NCBI RefSeq assembly: GCF_964194155.1
Contig: NC_135894.1
Coordinates: 2,356,001 to 2,420,000 of the forward strand
From: Cetorhinus maximus
Taxonomy: Eukaryota
Length of the DNA stretch: 64,000 nucleotides
Direction: 5' to 3'
The translations under genes were made by a program, and so were the position numbers. The notes under the pieces were generated by a model. That model did no database searches, was not told the DNA's origin, and was given only the letters and a program-made list of their open reading frames with translations. Position 1 is the stretch's first letter. Every line of letters begins with the position of its first letter. Shown here in pieces: positions 26,434 through 39,600 of the stretch.

Positions 26434-27660
26434 TGTGTGTGTGTGTGTGTGTGTGTCTGTGTGTGTGTGTGTTTGCCAGAGATATATAGAGAGTCTTGTC
26501 TGCATATCTATGTTTGTGATTTTATATTTGAGTGGGTGTGGGCGTTTGTCTGAGCCTGTGCATGTGTGATTGCCTGTGTGCATGTGTGCCTGTGAGTGTG
26601 TGTTTGTGTGTGTGTGTGTATGTGCGAGTGTCTTGGTGCTTGAGTGTGTACTTATATAGGTTTTGCGGCGTGTGAACTTGCTTGCGAGTGCGCGCGTGTG
26701 TTTCTATGTGTATGTGTTTGCAAGTTTGCATATGTACTTCTGTTTTGACAAATGTTTCTGGGCGTGAATTTGTGCACGTTTTGTGTTTCTGCATATGCTT
26801 GTTTGAGAGAGGCAGCGTTTGGGTGGCAGTATATGTGTTTGTCAGAGTTGGTTTGTGCATGCCTCTGCATCCATGTGTGTCTACATGTGTGTGTGTGTGT
26901 GCGTGTGTGAGAGAAAAATAATACCTGTGATTCTGCTTCTCTTTGTGAATTTGTCTTGGTGTGCCTGTCTATCTGCAAGTGTGAATGTGTGTGTTTGTGT
27001 GTATGTCTGTGTCTGTGTGTCTGAGTGTTTGTCTGTGTGAGCCTGTATTTGATTGATTAAGTTTTTGTTTTTCGATGTATGCGATTGCTTCTTGGCATGT
27101 GGGTGTCTGCGTTTCTGTATGTATGTTTTCAGCTAGTGTTTGTTAGAGTGAGACAGTGTTTGGGTGACATTGTATGGGTGTGTCAGGTTTGTTCCGTGTG
27201 TATCTGTGAGACGATGAGTATTCGTGTGGCTTTATGCATGTGAGAGAGAAATGATGTGCTGGTGTTCGTTTTTCTTTGTAATTGTGTATTTGTCCGTCCG
27301 TTTGTGCATGTATGCATGTGTGTGCGACAGTCAAAGTGAACTTCCTAAGTATATTTGAGTGTCTTTTTGTACGTCTGTGCTTCTGTGCGTGTCAATGCGA
27401 GTGTGTGTATGTGCATGCGTTTACAATGACTAAGTGAGTGTACCCATGAATGTGTGTGTACATCTGGGTTTGTTTGTGTGTGTGTGTGTGGGACTTTGTG
27501 TACGTGAGTGTATGTGTTGGGCGAATAAAAATACGTTTGTGAATATGCGTGCATTTGTGTGTCTGTATTTCAACATGTTTGTCTGTGCATTAAAGATTGT
27601 GCTTTTGTGTCTGCAACTGTGTATGTGATTGTGTGTGTGGCATGTTTGTGTGTGCGTGTA
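24480..27660 (+). repeat. Tandem duplication, period ~1.67 kb
   Basis: gcaactgtatgtcagct at 24575/26252; gagagaaaaataatacctgtgattctgcttctctttgtgaat at 25238/26908; taaagattg..ttttgtgtctgcaactg at ~25925/27591. Confidence 0.9.
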
Positions 27661-28535
27661 TATGCTTGTGTGTGTGTGTGTGTGTGTCTTTCTGTGTGTT
27701 TGTGTGACAGAGAGTGTTTATTGTAAGTTGCCGTGTGTACATGTGAGTTTGCCGTCATGTGTTTGGGTGTTTGTGCATTCCTGTACGTATGGTTGTGTAT
27801 GTCTGTTTTTGCATGTGTGTATGCGTGTTTCTGATTGTGCATGTGTGTGTGTGTGTTTGATTTTCTGTATGATTGTCTGTGTATTTCTGTTTTTGTGTGT
27901 GTGCTTGTTTGAATGTGATTGTGAGTGTTTCTGTGTGTATATTTTTAAGTGCATTTCTGTTTTGTGCATGTGTGTGCTTCTTTGTGTTTCTGAGAGTGTT
28001 TCTGAGAGCTGTTGTGTGTACATGCGAGTGTGCCCCTGCTTGTGTAAGTATGTCATTGAGTATATGTGCATTCTTGCACGTTGGGCTGCGTATTTGCATT
28101 TGTGCATTTGCATGTGATTGTGTGTGTATGAGTGTTTGTGTGTGAATGCGTGAGCATGTTGGTGTGCGTGTCATAATCTCTGTGTGCAACTGTGTTTGTG
28201 ATTGTTTTTGGCCATGTTGGTGTGCAGGATAATGTGTGAGTGTGTTTCTGCTGGCGATGTTTAGATTGAGACAGTTTTTCTGTGACATTGAAAGAGTGTG
28301 TATGTGCATAGATATGTGAGTGTTTATGTGTGTCTGTGTGTTTGAGGGAATCAATACATGCTTCTGTGCAAGTATGCTTGAGCGACAGTGTGTGCGTGTG
28401 TGTTCTTCTCAGGGGTCGATGTATATAAACATGCATTTAAGTGTGTTGTCAAGTGTTTGAGTCAGTGTGTCCATGTGTGTGTCTGCGTGTGTGTATGTGT
28501 ATGTGTGTGTGTGTTTGTTTGTCTGTGTGCGTTTA

Positions 28536-28838
28536 TACAGAATAATAAAACATTTAATAAAAGAGGATGGATGAACTATGTAACAAAACACAAACTCATG
28601 CCTCTTACAGATAAATACAACTTTGTAAGGATAACACAAGTTGTAAAAGCTTCTTTAGACTTTGTTTTCCACAGTAAGTACACAGTCCATCTGATCTAAA
28701 AGGCATCTTGTGGTCGGGCACATCACTTTCCGAAACCAAGTAACAGATGTCAGTCTTGCTGCATGCTATGGATCTCTCATCAACTCTCTCCAAATGCTCG
28801 CTAACCTGTCCTAGCTAAATCCGTCTATCAAACAAGGT
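28536..28838. repeat. AT-rich non-TG island, homologous to 31076-31390
   Basis: atgcc..ttacagata.atacaactt..aggataac.caagttg.aaaagctt and ctcatcaactctc.ccaaatg shared by both. Confidence 0.85.
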
Positions 28839-30443
28839 TTTTTTTCTTTGTGAGTGTGCCTTTGTACGTGTGCTTGTCTGTAAGTGTGATTTTCTGTGCA
28901 TCATTATGTATTTCATCATAACTACCCTTGAGGGACTATGTCTGTTTGTGGATACTTCTTTGTTTATCAATTTGCGTGTGTGTATTTGGTTATGTATACA
29001 ATAATTCAGTGAGAGTGCACATGCTTGTTTGTGTGTGTGCATGTGGGAGTGTTTGTCTGTATGTGTGGAATGTGTGTGGAGTTGTGTGTATATGTGTATA
29101 TGTTTGTGTGATGTCTTGTGTGTGTCTCAGAGAGTGATTTTGTGGAGATGAGTTTTTGTGTTGGAGAGGGGGTGAAAAAAATTGGGTGCTTATGCTTGCA
29201 ATTCTCAATATGTATTTCCATCTGCATGATTTTGCACTAATGTTTGCGTGTTTGCGTCTGTTAATGTGAATATTACTCTGTGTGGAGATCTGTGTGTGGG
29301 TATGTTTGTGTGAGCCAAAGTTTTTTTTTAAATATTTTGTTTTTTCTTTGTTTTTGATGGGAACTGGTTTTCAGAGGGTAGGCCAACATTTATTTCCCAT
29401 TACTATTATACCATCAGAAGTGTTTGTCAATTTGTATGTTTCTGTCTGTGCACATCTGTAAATGTGTGTGCATATCTGTGATTGAGTTTGCGCGTGTGCA
29501 TATATGTATCTGTGTGTGTGTGTGTGTGTGTGCATGTGTTCTGTTGGTGTCAACGCATGTGTTACTGCAAGGTAGTGTGTCCATGAATGTTCGAGTGAGT
29601 GAGCGTGTACGTGTGCGTGTGCATGGTGGGGTCGATGTGTCTTTGCATGCAGGAGAGTGTGCGAATGTGAGCTTGAGTGTGTGAGTATCTTAACATGTTA
29701 TTGCGTGTCTGAGTTGGTGTATTTGTCAGTGTTGTTTACTGTGTGTATGTCCCTGTATGTGCTTGTGTGCATTTTAATTTATGTATGTGTGTCCCTGTGT
29801 ATCTGGATGTTTTGGGCATGTGTATGTATATCTCGTGTTTGTCTTTGTGTTTGTATGCACATTTTGCTGAGTGTGTGTTTCTATTTGTGTTCATGGCAGA
29901 GACACTTTTTGTGTGATCGTGCATGTGTTTGTCAGTGTGTGTCTGTAAGTGCCTGTGCATTTCTGAGTAATGTTGTCTGTGTGTGAGCGTCTGTGTGTGT
30001 GTGTGCGTGGCGGGGTGGGGGGCTGTTTCTGTGTATAGACTTTCAATTTTATTTCTGCTTGTGTGCATGTGTGCGCTTTTTTTTCTGTGTTTATGCGGCA
30101 GAGAGTGTTTTGTGAGTTGGGGAGTGTACATGTGAGTGTGTCCGTGTGTTTGTATATATGTACTTGAGTATATCTGCATTTCAGCACCAATGTTTGCGTA
30201 TGTTTTTTTGTGCATTTGTGTGTGTGTATTTGTGATTGCGCGCGTGTGTGTGTGTATGCTTAAGTGTGCATGTGATTATGTGTGTTTCTGGTCTTCTGTT
30301 TGTTTGTGGCCATGTGTGTGCGGGTTTGTTATTGTGCGATTGTGTTTCCGCTGTTGATTGAAAGAGAGAGGCAGTGTTTGTGTGACAGCGGAAGTTTATG
30401 TCTGTGTCCATATGTGAGTGTCTGTGTGTGCCTGTGTGTGCGC

Positions 30444-30474
<31 letters not shown>

Positions 30475-31075
30475 CTTGTGAGTCAGTGCGTAATTCTGGT
30501 TAAGTATGTATGGATGTCTGTGTGCCTTTGCCTGTTCTTCTGTGGTGTCGATATGTAAAAACATGAATGTAAGTGTGTAAACAAATGTTTGAGGGAGTAT
30601 ATCCGTGTTTGTGTGTTTGTGCATTTGTGTGTGTTTTTGAGTTTGTTTGTATGTGTTTGTGCATGTGCGTTAGTTTGCATGTGATTATGTTTATGTGTTC
30701 CTGTGTTTGAGATTGTTTGTGGCCATGTGTGTATTTTTGTGTGCTATAGTGCACGTGGGTTTCTGTTGGCGTTTGTTAGAGAGAGGCAGTGTATGTCTGA
30801 CAGTGGATGTGCGTGTCACTCCGTCCATATGTGAGTGTGTGTGTGTGTGCATGTGAGTCAGTGGTTATTTCTGTGCAACTATATATGAGTGGCTGTGTGT
30901 GTACGTCCGTGGTTGTGTGGCATTGATGTGTATAAACATGCATGCAAATCTGTTCACAACTGTTTGATTGAGTCTCTCCGTGTGTGCGTGTGCGTGTGTG
31001 TGTGTATTTGTGTGTGTGTGAGAGAGTGCAAGCGTGTGTGTGTGTGTGTGTGTGTCTGAGTGCATGTGTGTGCAA

Positions 31076-32180
31076 ATAAAATGAAAAAAAAACACTTATT
31101 AAACAAGAAAAGATGACCTATATCAGATTACTCCTTCAAACAAGCTTATGCCTTTTACAGATACATACAACTTGGCTAGGATAACGCAAGTTGCAAAAGC
31201 TTACCTATACTCCGATTGCAACAGCAAGTACACGATGTAATCTAACAGGCAGCCTGCGTTCAGGCACATAACATCTGGAAACCAACTAACAGATTTTCCT
31301 ATTCTCAAATGCTTTGGATCACTCATCAACTCTCCCCAAATGTCTTAAATGCCGTAAGACAAGCCGGTTTGAGCAAAATCCGTACATCACACAAGTTTGT
31401 CCAAGATACAATCTCAATGACCTCTCGTTGGAATCCACTCCCAAAGAGATGCTTTCTGTCAGATGCCTTCCAAAGGTTTGACCACCAGGGTTTCGAAATC
31501 GCCTTCTGATTTTCCTCTCCCCATGTCAACACATGCATTGAACTTATCATCCATGCAATCTATTTCACCAACTCAGCCGTAAGCAGTAGATCATTAGCCC
31601 CAAGTAAATAGTAACACATTTTCACTAGCCCCTCTCGGCCTTCTGCCCTCTCAAGACTTTATCTAATTAAGTTTGAAGTTTAAAATTGAAGTTTGGTGCC
31701 TTTCTCTGCCCCTCACTTAACTTCTCCAAAGAGGGCATTTTTCCTGTTCCTGCCTTCCCGTTAACTTGAATGCGTTGTTGGGAGTTTCCCTGGTTCCAAT
31801 TCCCAGGACAACACCTTTTATCATGAAAGCTGCTGTTTGCCCCTTTTTTCCATTTTCTCTGGAGCCCTGTTGTGCCTGTGCGGTGGTGGGGCGGGAGTTG
31901 TCGTGGGGGATTCATGACGTGAGGGGCTGCCTCTCTGGATCCCTCTTCTAAGTCAAAAGTTCAAGTTTGCCTCCTCTTGTTTGCTTTGCTTCGTTGCAAG
32001 TCGTAAAACTTCTGCTCGAAATGCGGGAATCTTTCAAATGTGACATTAAAATTCAACTTAACGCCTTGCTAACACAGGAATGCAGAAACATCAATAAAAT
32101 GTAATATTTAAATATAAAACCCATTCCTAAGACTCACAAATATAAGTATACCTAACTTGATCTTTCCTATTTCCTTGCAC
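31076..32180 (-). mobile_element. Unclassified ~1.1 kb island, possibly a solo LTR
   Basis: Complex sequence within the TG tract; minus strand begins TGCAAGG; left 300 bp duplicated at 28536. Confidence 0.3.
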
Positions 32181-33937
32181 TTTTTGTGGTTGTGCGCGAG
32201 TGTGTGAGTGAGAGGTTTTTATGTTTTATTTTTAAATTAATTTTGATGAGATGTGGGCTTCGCTGGCTAGGCCAACATTAATTTATCATCACTATTAACC
32301 CTTCGGAAGATTTTGTATCACTTGCCTCTGTCTGTGTGTGCGTATGTGTGAGTGTGTGTGTGCATACCTGTATGTGAGTGTGTGTGTGTATGTGTATGTG
32401 TGTCTGCGTGTTCCTTGCGTGTCAACGCATCAGTATGTGCCAGATAGTATGTGCATGAATGCTCGAGTGTGTGTCTCTGTGTGTGCTCTCTGGCGTCGGT
32501 GTGTCTGCGTGCAGAAGAGTGTGGGCATGCCAGCTTGAGTGCGTGAGTGTTTGAATATGTTATTGTGTGTTTCTGTTTCAATGTGAGTGTATGTTCCTGT
32601 ATGTGATTGTGTGCATTTCTGTTTGTGTGTGTGTGTGTGTGTTTTTGTGTGTGTTATTATGTGTTTCTGTGTGTGTGTGTGTGTGTCGATATATTCCTTC
32701 GTGTGTGTGTGTATGCCACTCTGTATGTGTTTTGAGAGTGTTCTTGTGTGTGTGTGCTCATAGGTGTTTGCATGTGTACGCGTGTGTGTTCCTGTGAATA
32801 TGCCTGTTTGTGGGCATTTGTCTGTATGAATATTTCTGCTGGTGTTTGTAGGAGTGAGACAGTGTTTGAGTGAGAGTGACTGTGCGGGTCTTAGTGTGCC
32901 TGCGTGTTCCTTTGTGTGTTTGTGTGTGTATGTGTGTGTGTGTTTGTTTGTTTGTGTGTCTTTCTGTGCTTGTTTGTATGCATATGTCTGTGTGTACATG
33001 CGTGTGTTTGTATGAGTGAGAGAGAGAGAGATTGAGATATGGCGATTGAGATAATGTTTCTGCGATTGTTCTCATTATGAGTGTGTCCTTATATGCGTTT
33101 GTGTGTGTGTGTGTCTGTCTGTGTGTCTATTCGTCAGTGTGTATTTCTGTATAAGTAGGTGTGAGTCGCTCTAAGTCTAAGTGTGTGCTTCTCTGCGTGT
33201 CATTACTTTTTGCGTCCATGTGAGTTTGTTAACAAACTGCTTGAGTGAGTGTGAACTTTGCGTCTGCGTGTTTCACTCTGTGTATGTGTGTGTGTGTGTG
33301 CGTGTCTGTGTGTAACTCTCTGTGTCGATATGTGTCTTTGCAAGTGCATGTGTCTGTGTTAGTGCATGTCTGTTAGTTATTTCAAAAATATGTATTTTTT
33401 ACGGGCTGCAGGCATCGCTGTCCAGGCCAATATTCATTTGTGTTGCCTAATTTCACTTGTCAAATGTGTGTGTGTGTTTCTGTGCGTGTGTTTTAGAGAG
33501 ACAGTGTTTATGTGAGACTTTGTGTCATTAAAGGACCGCGAAAAAGGAGCATTTATCCTACTTATCTCCGCAGTCTGTAATGCACACCATCTGTTTATTC
33601 CCACTGACCCTCAGTTACCTGTCGCTCATTAATTCTCCCATCACCCTTGATTCCTCCCTTTGCCCCATCTCTCCGAATTCATCTTTGGGACCTCTATTAT
33701 GTCGCACTCACTCCTCGCTCCTCCCTGCCCTCCCCCCTTACCGCTTGTGATTGTACTTAATCTCTGTCTCATTCCAATGTATTACAGAACACCTTTGTAT
33801 TATTTCATGTCAATTTACGTCAGAACATCACAGGATGCTGTCACACTTTTGAAAATATCAATGACTACACAATCAAACAGATAACTTTTTCCCCAGATGT
33901 ATATACAAAACCATTCCTTTATCCATTTTCCTTACAG

Positions 33938-34854
33938 TGAACTTAATCACAATTGTGATCCTGAAGGGGAAAACTTCTGTTCTGAACCGATGTGTATCAT
34001 GTTACCTGTTGGCCATGGAAGTAGCCGATCTAATGGTCGTTATACTGGAGTGGATATTGAGACACATTCCAATTGTTTTTTAATGAACAATTTGTTTTAC
34101 TGTATTTCATTCTCCTGTGTAATATCCACGCCACGCTGCTTTATGCCGCCACCGACTCTTCTGCCTGGTTCACCGTCAGTTTCACCTTTGATCGATTTGT
34201 GACCATTTGTTGTCCAAATCTGAAAACTAAATATTGCAGCGAGAAAAAGGAAGCTTTGAATCTTGGAGCAGTGACTTTGCTGAACTGTTTAAAGAACATT
34301 TACTGCTGTTTTTTCTACACAGGGCAGTATTATCAACAGATCAACCCCTGGTTTTGTGGCGTCACACAGGGCGTTGAGCTTTCTCTGTTCTGGGTAATAA
34401 TCGAGTTCCTCCACCACATTCTAAACCATTGTGTCCCATTGTCCTGATTCTGATGCTCAATGTTCTCAGTGTTAGGCAGAGTTTAGCGAACAGCAGAGCC
34501 CGCAGGAGGCTCTGGGCTCAAAGCAGTGGGTGAGTCCCAGAGAACCAGAGATGGGCAGTCGAAGGAAATAAAGAAATACTCTTTTTGATATTGGCCAAAT
34601 TCATCCTGGTAAGGTCAATGATAGTGGTTTATTATATATGGACCCGGCTGTTGAATTTGGGGCTTCATTCTGTATATTTGGATTGGTTTGGTCAGGAATT
34701 GTGTTGCATGCTGCAGCTCCTGAGCTGCGGCAATAACACTGTGGTTTACGGTGTGACACAGACTCTGTTCAGACAGCAGTTGAAGAATGCGCTGAAATAT
34801 TCATTTACTCTCATTCTTCAATTCATTCAATGGTGTGAAGGACTCGATCACTGA
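33938..34854 (+). pseudogene. GPR139-like GPCR pseudogene copy A, exon 2 (TM1-TM7)
   Basis: ttacag| acceptor, (V)NLITIVILKGK..YLLAMEVADLMVVI, TAA at 34081 from an extra T, CNIHATLLYAATDSSAWFTVSFTFDRFVTICC, shifts ~34440 and ~34530, MLQLLSCGNNTVVYGVTQTLFRQQL. Confidence 0.9.
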
Positions 34855-34919
34855 GAGATTCCATTGGCCGGCCTGTCCATCATGTATTCCTCACACTGAT
34901 TGAAGTTTAAAGGGAATTG

Positions 34920-35289
34920 AACAGAGGGAGAAACAGACAGAAAGACAGGCAGAGGAACAGAGGTGGAAGAGAAAGAGACACAGGGAGAGAGAGAGAGAGA
35001 TAGACAGACAGACACAGAGAAAGAGAGGCGGATAGGTAGAGAGATCGAGATAGAAACCTGGAGGGAGAGAATGGCTGGGGGAGTGAATCGGGGCAGGAGA
35101 GTGAGACACGTGAGAAGGCGGAGCGTGGGGGAGGGACAGAATGAAAGAGAGAGTCGAGAGACAGACAGGAAAAGAGAGAGAGAGATAGAGAGAGAAAGAG
35201 ACAGAGAGAAAGAGAGCTGCCGAATGAGAGAGATAGAAAGACAGATAGAGGGTAGGATACAGATCGAAAGAGCAAAGGCACCGAGGGGT

Positions 35290-35320
<31 letters not shown>
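34920..35320 (+). repeat. GA-rich polypurine tract 3' of copy A
   Basis: (GA)n/GACA/GATA words. Confidence 0.95.
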
Positions 35321-35321
<1 letters not shown>

Positions 35322-36612
35322 TGGAATATTCGGAGACCGCAGCCAGCAAGTGCAAAATGAGGCCTGCACCGAAGAAATGGTGCTTCACGGCAGTTTGAAC
35401 GCAAGTCGCAATTGTCCGCTGAGTTTGCCGATTTATGGTGGCATTTCCCGCCATCCGTCAGTGGGGAGCTAGTTTTAATACGTCAGCATATAATTAAAAT
35501 CACAGCCGTAGCTGGTTTCGAAATATGTTCGCCAGAGCATCAGCCGAGTTTTCTGGGTCATTAGTTGCGCAAAAATACCACCACACCACCATCTGCCCAT
35601 TGCCTTCAAATTACTCTCACAGGTCTCTAAAGGGCTTGATTGGAGGTCTTGGATCATGCATTCTGTCTTGATTTAAGCAGAAGTGCCTGCGCGAGCAAGG
35701 GTAGATAATTTGTGCATGAAAGTGGCCTGTGAAAGAGGACACATCCCTAACGGAATGGTTCTCTGATCGATGTTGCACTGCTGGATCCACGCTTGGTAGA
35801 GCAGCAACGAACCGACCATCAGAACAGGAGCAGTCCCATCCATCCCCAGCAAGCTGTCTCGGTCTACCTTCGATTTCCATCATAACTTTGATCTCCAGCA
35901 TCACTCCACCCGGCTGCGACCTTTCCCTCTTTTAGGTGCCAGTTAATTCTGCAAAAATAGAGATATTGAGTGTATATCAGGATGCCAGCTGTGCTAGATT
36001 GTAACTATGCCTGTCCAGTGTAGTGTTGAGTGGTCGCATTGACGGGATTAGGGCAATGGTGGTGTGCGTGAAAGAGGGAATGGTGATGTCCCTTACGTAG
36101 TAGTGCGGGCCGTTTGGATGTTCGATGGTTGGTGACGGTGTGAGTTAGATCTGATGAGAGGAGTAATGTGCCCTGGTGGAATGGAGATCATTCTGCTTTT
36201 CGCGGCACAGTATGGCTGTCCTCCTCTTCAGGGAATTTTATTTAACCACCGCTTCCATCAGTTCCCAAGCCGGGTTGTTAACATTGATGCCAAATCTGTG
36301 GTCAGAGCTGGGGTACAGATCATCCTGCTTGGCCTCCATAGTATCGAGCATTCGCTCGAGGGGCCCTTCATTGAAGCCGTGGGCTGTCGACCATTTCACC
36401 TTGCTGACCGTATCTTCCGGGCAGTATTGATGAGCTGGTGGCGATGAACACTTTGTTGGCGGCTGCCTTTTGAAGATGGCGGCTGGCGTGATGCCAATAA
36501 AGAATGAGTGCTGGCGGCAGAATGTCAGACCATTTGCCTTGGAAATGGCGTGTTCCTCCGGCCTAAAAAAATATTGAGACGGGCGTGGAATGAATCGACG
36601 TAAATAAACCCT
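35320..36612 (-). mobile_element. Deleted PIF/Harbinger derivative (Myb/SANT-like exon plus transposase N-terminus)
   Basis: Minus ~36180-36385: GFNEGPLERMLDTMEAKQDDLYP..PAWELMEAVVK*NSLKRRTAILCREKQNDL; minus ~35570-35750: MIQDLQS transposase-like start. Confidence 0.65.
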
Positions 36613-36624
36613 AGTTTTTATTGG

Positions 36625-39600
36625 AATGTGGGAATCCAGTTTGCATTCACGCTACCACACTTGGCGCAAATCAAGCAAATTCCCTCTCTACGTTTTGGTG
36701 GGGGAGAGATCTCATTCTCCCACCACGCTGTCATCTCACTGTTTCCTCACGCTGGGCCACATATTTATAGTGCAGCCGTGTGCAAACCTCTCAGTGCTCC
36801 CAGCACAGGAATGTTGGACAATACACATGGCCCCAAAAGGCAAGAAGACTGCACCCCCTTAGTTTCATGGCACATCACTGGAGTGAATATTCGGCAGAGT
36901 TGAAGCCCGCTGTTATTCCCTTTATCCCCGCTTTTGCTGAAGAATGCGGAGCAACATCATCAATCCGATTTGAGAGACGATGTCAGTGGTGCTCAGCGCC
37001 AACGCCCAACAAAGGAGGGCAAACCACCAGTGGCAAAAAAGGAAGAATTAACTCCTCCGTTCCGCCAGCGGCAGTCACTCTTCTCATCACTATCAACTTC
37101 CGCACTTGCAAACAAATCACACATCTACAGGGAACTCTGTCACTGCCAGAAGAGGGTAGAGCACTATTCAACATAACACACAACTCTTCATTACCCTTTA
37201 CGCTTCTATGTGACCACCCACCACACACACTTGCCAGGCATACTTATCATCTGGTCTGACAGTTTCCCAGCTTTAACTCTCTCCATCACAATTAATTGTG
37301 GACAAACAGGCACTCAACACAAGGGCGAATTTGCTTCCCGGTGGAGAATTGCTGAAATCAGGGCCCTCATGGATTTTGAAAACAGAGCCATCCAGCTGGC
37401 CAGTGATGATCTTGTACATTCCTGTGGTGACGGTGAGGTCGGTTCTGCTCTACCAATTGAGGGTCCAGCATTGCAAAATCCATCTGACACCCATGTTTCG
37501 AGTGAAGTACCCTGTTGCACAGACGATTGTCATGCAGTCATTATCTCACCATGCTTCTTCAGGCATACCTGCGAAACAGCCAAGGAGCCCATTACACAAA
37601 GCCTCCAACCAAGTCTGGACCAATTTCCTGGAAAAGATCCGAAAGGCAAATTCATTGAAGACCCTTAACAGTGCTAAACAGACACCCTTCTCTGAAGTAG
37701 GGACACAGTCCTTGGTGGTACAGAGTGCCACATTAGCCTTGGGATCACAATCTGTTGAGCACATCGCACTTTGGTGGGGGGGGGTGGGGGGGGGGGGCGG
37801 TGGTTGCATGGAGATCCCAGGTCTCTCACAAGGACACCTGGAGGCCGGAGATCTGCTGAGTCCAAATAAGTTGACGATCCTCAGGAATCTGAACTACCTC
37901 AGCTGATGCAGCTGCATCGGCAAGTCCAGAAACATTTGGAAGCAATGTACACTGTACTCCTCAGATAGCAAGATGTGTTGGAGGAGAGCCCCGCCTTCAG
38001 GCTGTGGTGATAGCTCAGGCATGCCACCGCACTGAGGTCAACAATGGTAGGATGGCGCCCACCAAGGAGGCAGTTTTCCAAATGCACGGTACATGCACTA
38101 ATGTGCGGGCTGATCTCCATTCACGATGCCATAGTTGGTTTCTGGTGGAGTGTAATCGAGAGTGCTGCAGAACAGTTGAACATCAATCCAACTTCGCTAG
38201 AATGCTCAAAGAATCAGCCAGGGGCCCTCGGGCGCCCATAAAGTGGAGGATCAGCAGTTTTACACCAGGGTAAACCCATTCAGGTTGTTCCGGGAGTGTC
38301 TAACCCATCTGAATACCCTCAACTCGTGTCGCCAGCATTTCCAGATCCACAGGCCGTATCGCGTGACACTTCCACACACCAGAACGACGGAAGCAGCCCT
38401 CTGCCCACCAGGTCACCGAACTGCAGAGGACGCCCACTAATGTCACTATAGTCAGCTGGAGCAGTCAGCAGGCTGCCTCCATTGTACTGTGGATATCTGG
38501 GTAGCACGAATGTGTAGCAGCAGGGTTAGGAATTTTAAGAAGATTTAGTTGAACATCGTGGGAACATTTGTTGTCCATTTACACAATCACTATTTTAAAT
38601 AAGCATTCTATAATGTCGCTTTGCCGATGGCATCTTGTTCTGTGGAGCAGTGTTTTATGCACGAAGGTGTAAAATATTGGTTCCTGCTAAAGGCAAAGAC
38701 TGGCGTCTCATTCCAGGGCTTCTTCATCTGCTCTGTGCAGCCTTCAGGGCAAAGTGATGGTCCAGCATCAAATATCCTGGACAGCTCATTGATCCCTGTA
38801 TCTCGATGGTGCTTGGCATTGTTGTCAGGATGCAGTGAGCAACTGACATAGAGTTCCCTCAATCTCTCCCTGTACTCTCAGCACATTAACGTGGGTCTTA
38901 CCCCGATCCGTTCAGCACCTGTCACTGGTGCTGCTGTGCTCCTGTAGGCATCTGGTGCTGGAGGCTTTCAAAGAAACAGATACATTTAGCGTCTGCTGGC
39001 TGCATCGCAATGGAAAGAACGTGAACACTGCGCGCAAGGAAGCTTCTCTCGACCAGACAGGAGTCAGGCAGTCAGAGAGGGAATTTGAGGTTTTCCGAAG
39101 TTCCTTTCTGCAAGTTGTCATTATTCTTCTGGAATCGAACGATTATTAGGGCATCCGCTGTGCTTCCATGATAGGAATCTTATCGCAGAGGCGATGGGTG
39201 CTGCCATCAGCCAGGCCAGGCCGGAGTCAACCGTTGGCAGGTGCAATGTAAGAATCCTGAAAGCATGTCACCATCACCCCTCACAATTCTGGCAACTATG
39301 ACAGAGTCCTGAGAGCGCTTTCCTCATCAGGAGAGTGTGGTTGTCCTCGTTGCCATAATCATTGCATTCCAGGGTTCCTTCACCCACATCACCGCTGTTC
39401 TCCTTCTCATCAGAGGGAAACTTTATCTCCTCCATCTCCTCCTTATCCACATACTCTGTCCGTTGCATTGCCAGATTGTAATGGGCGCAGGAGGCAAAGA
39501 CAATGCGTGATACCATCTGCGAATTCCCTTTCAAGGATCCACCAGCCAGGCCCAGACAACAGAAGCACATCTTCAACATCCCATCACGATTATGATCCAG

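Larger units (their letters stand above)
23141..33520 (+). repeat. ~10 kb degenerate (TG)n-rich low-complexity tract in the intron of copy A
   Basis: Near-continuous TGTG/TGTA/TGCG/TCTG words, strongly T+G skewed, with embedded islands. Confidence 0.95.

Noticed and set aside
23355-33075. Many long Cys/Val- or His/Thr-rich ORFs
   Set aside because: Translations of TG/CA low-complexity DNA and N gaps; no coding signal
34073-34447. Intact short GPCR CDS (also 56929-57252)
   Set aside because: Only fragments between frameshifts or stops of the pseudogene exons
34848-35472. Ser/Leu- and Glu/Arg-rich ORFs (also 57540-58420, 60906-61579)
   Set aside because: Produced by GA/CT tracts
38560-39150. 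Possible LINE fragment inside the Harbinger element (similarly 50290-50760)
   Set aside because: Too decayed to assign a family by eye
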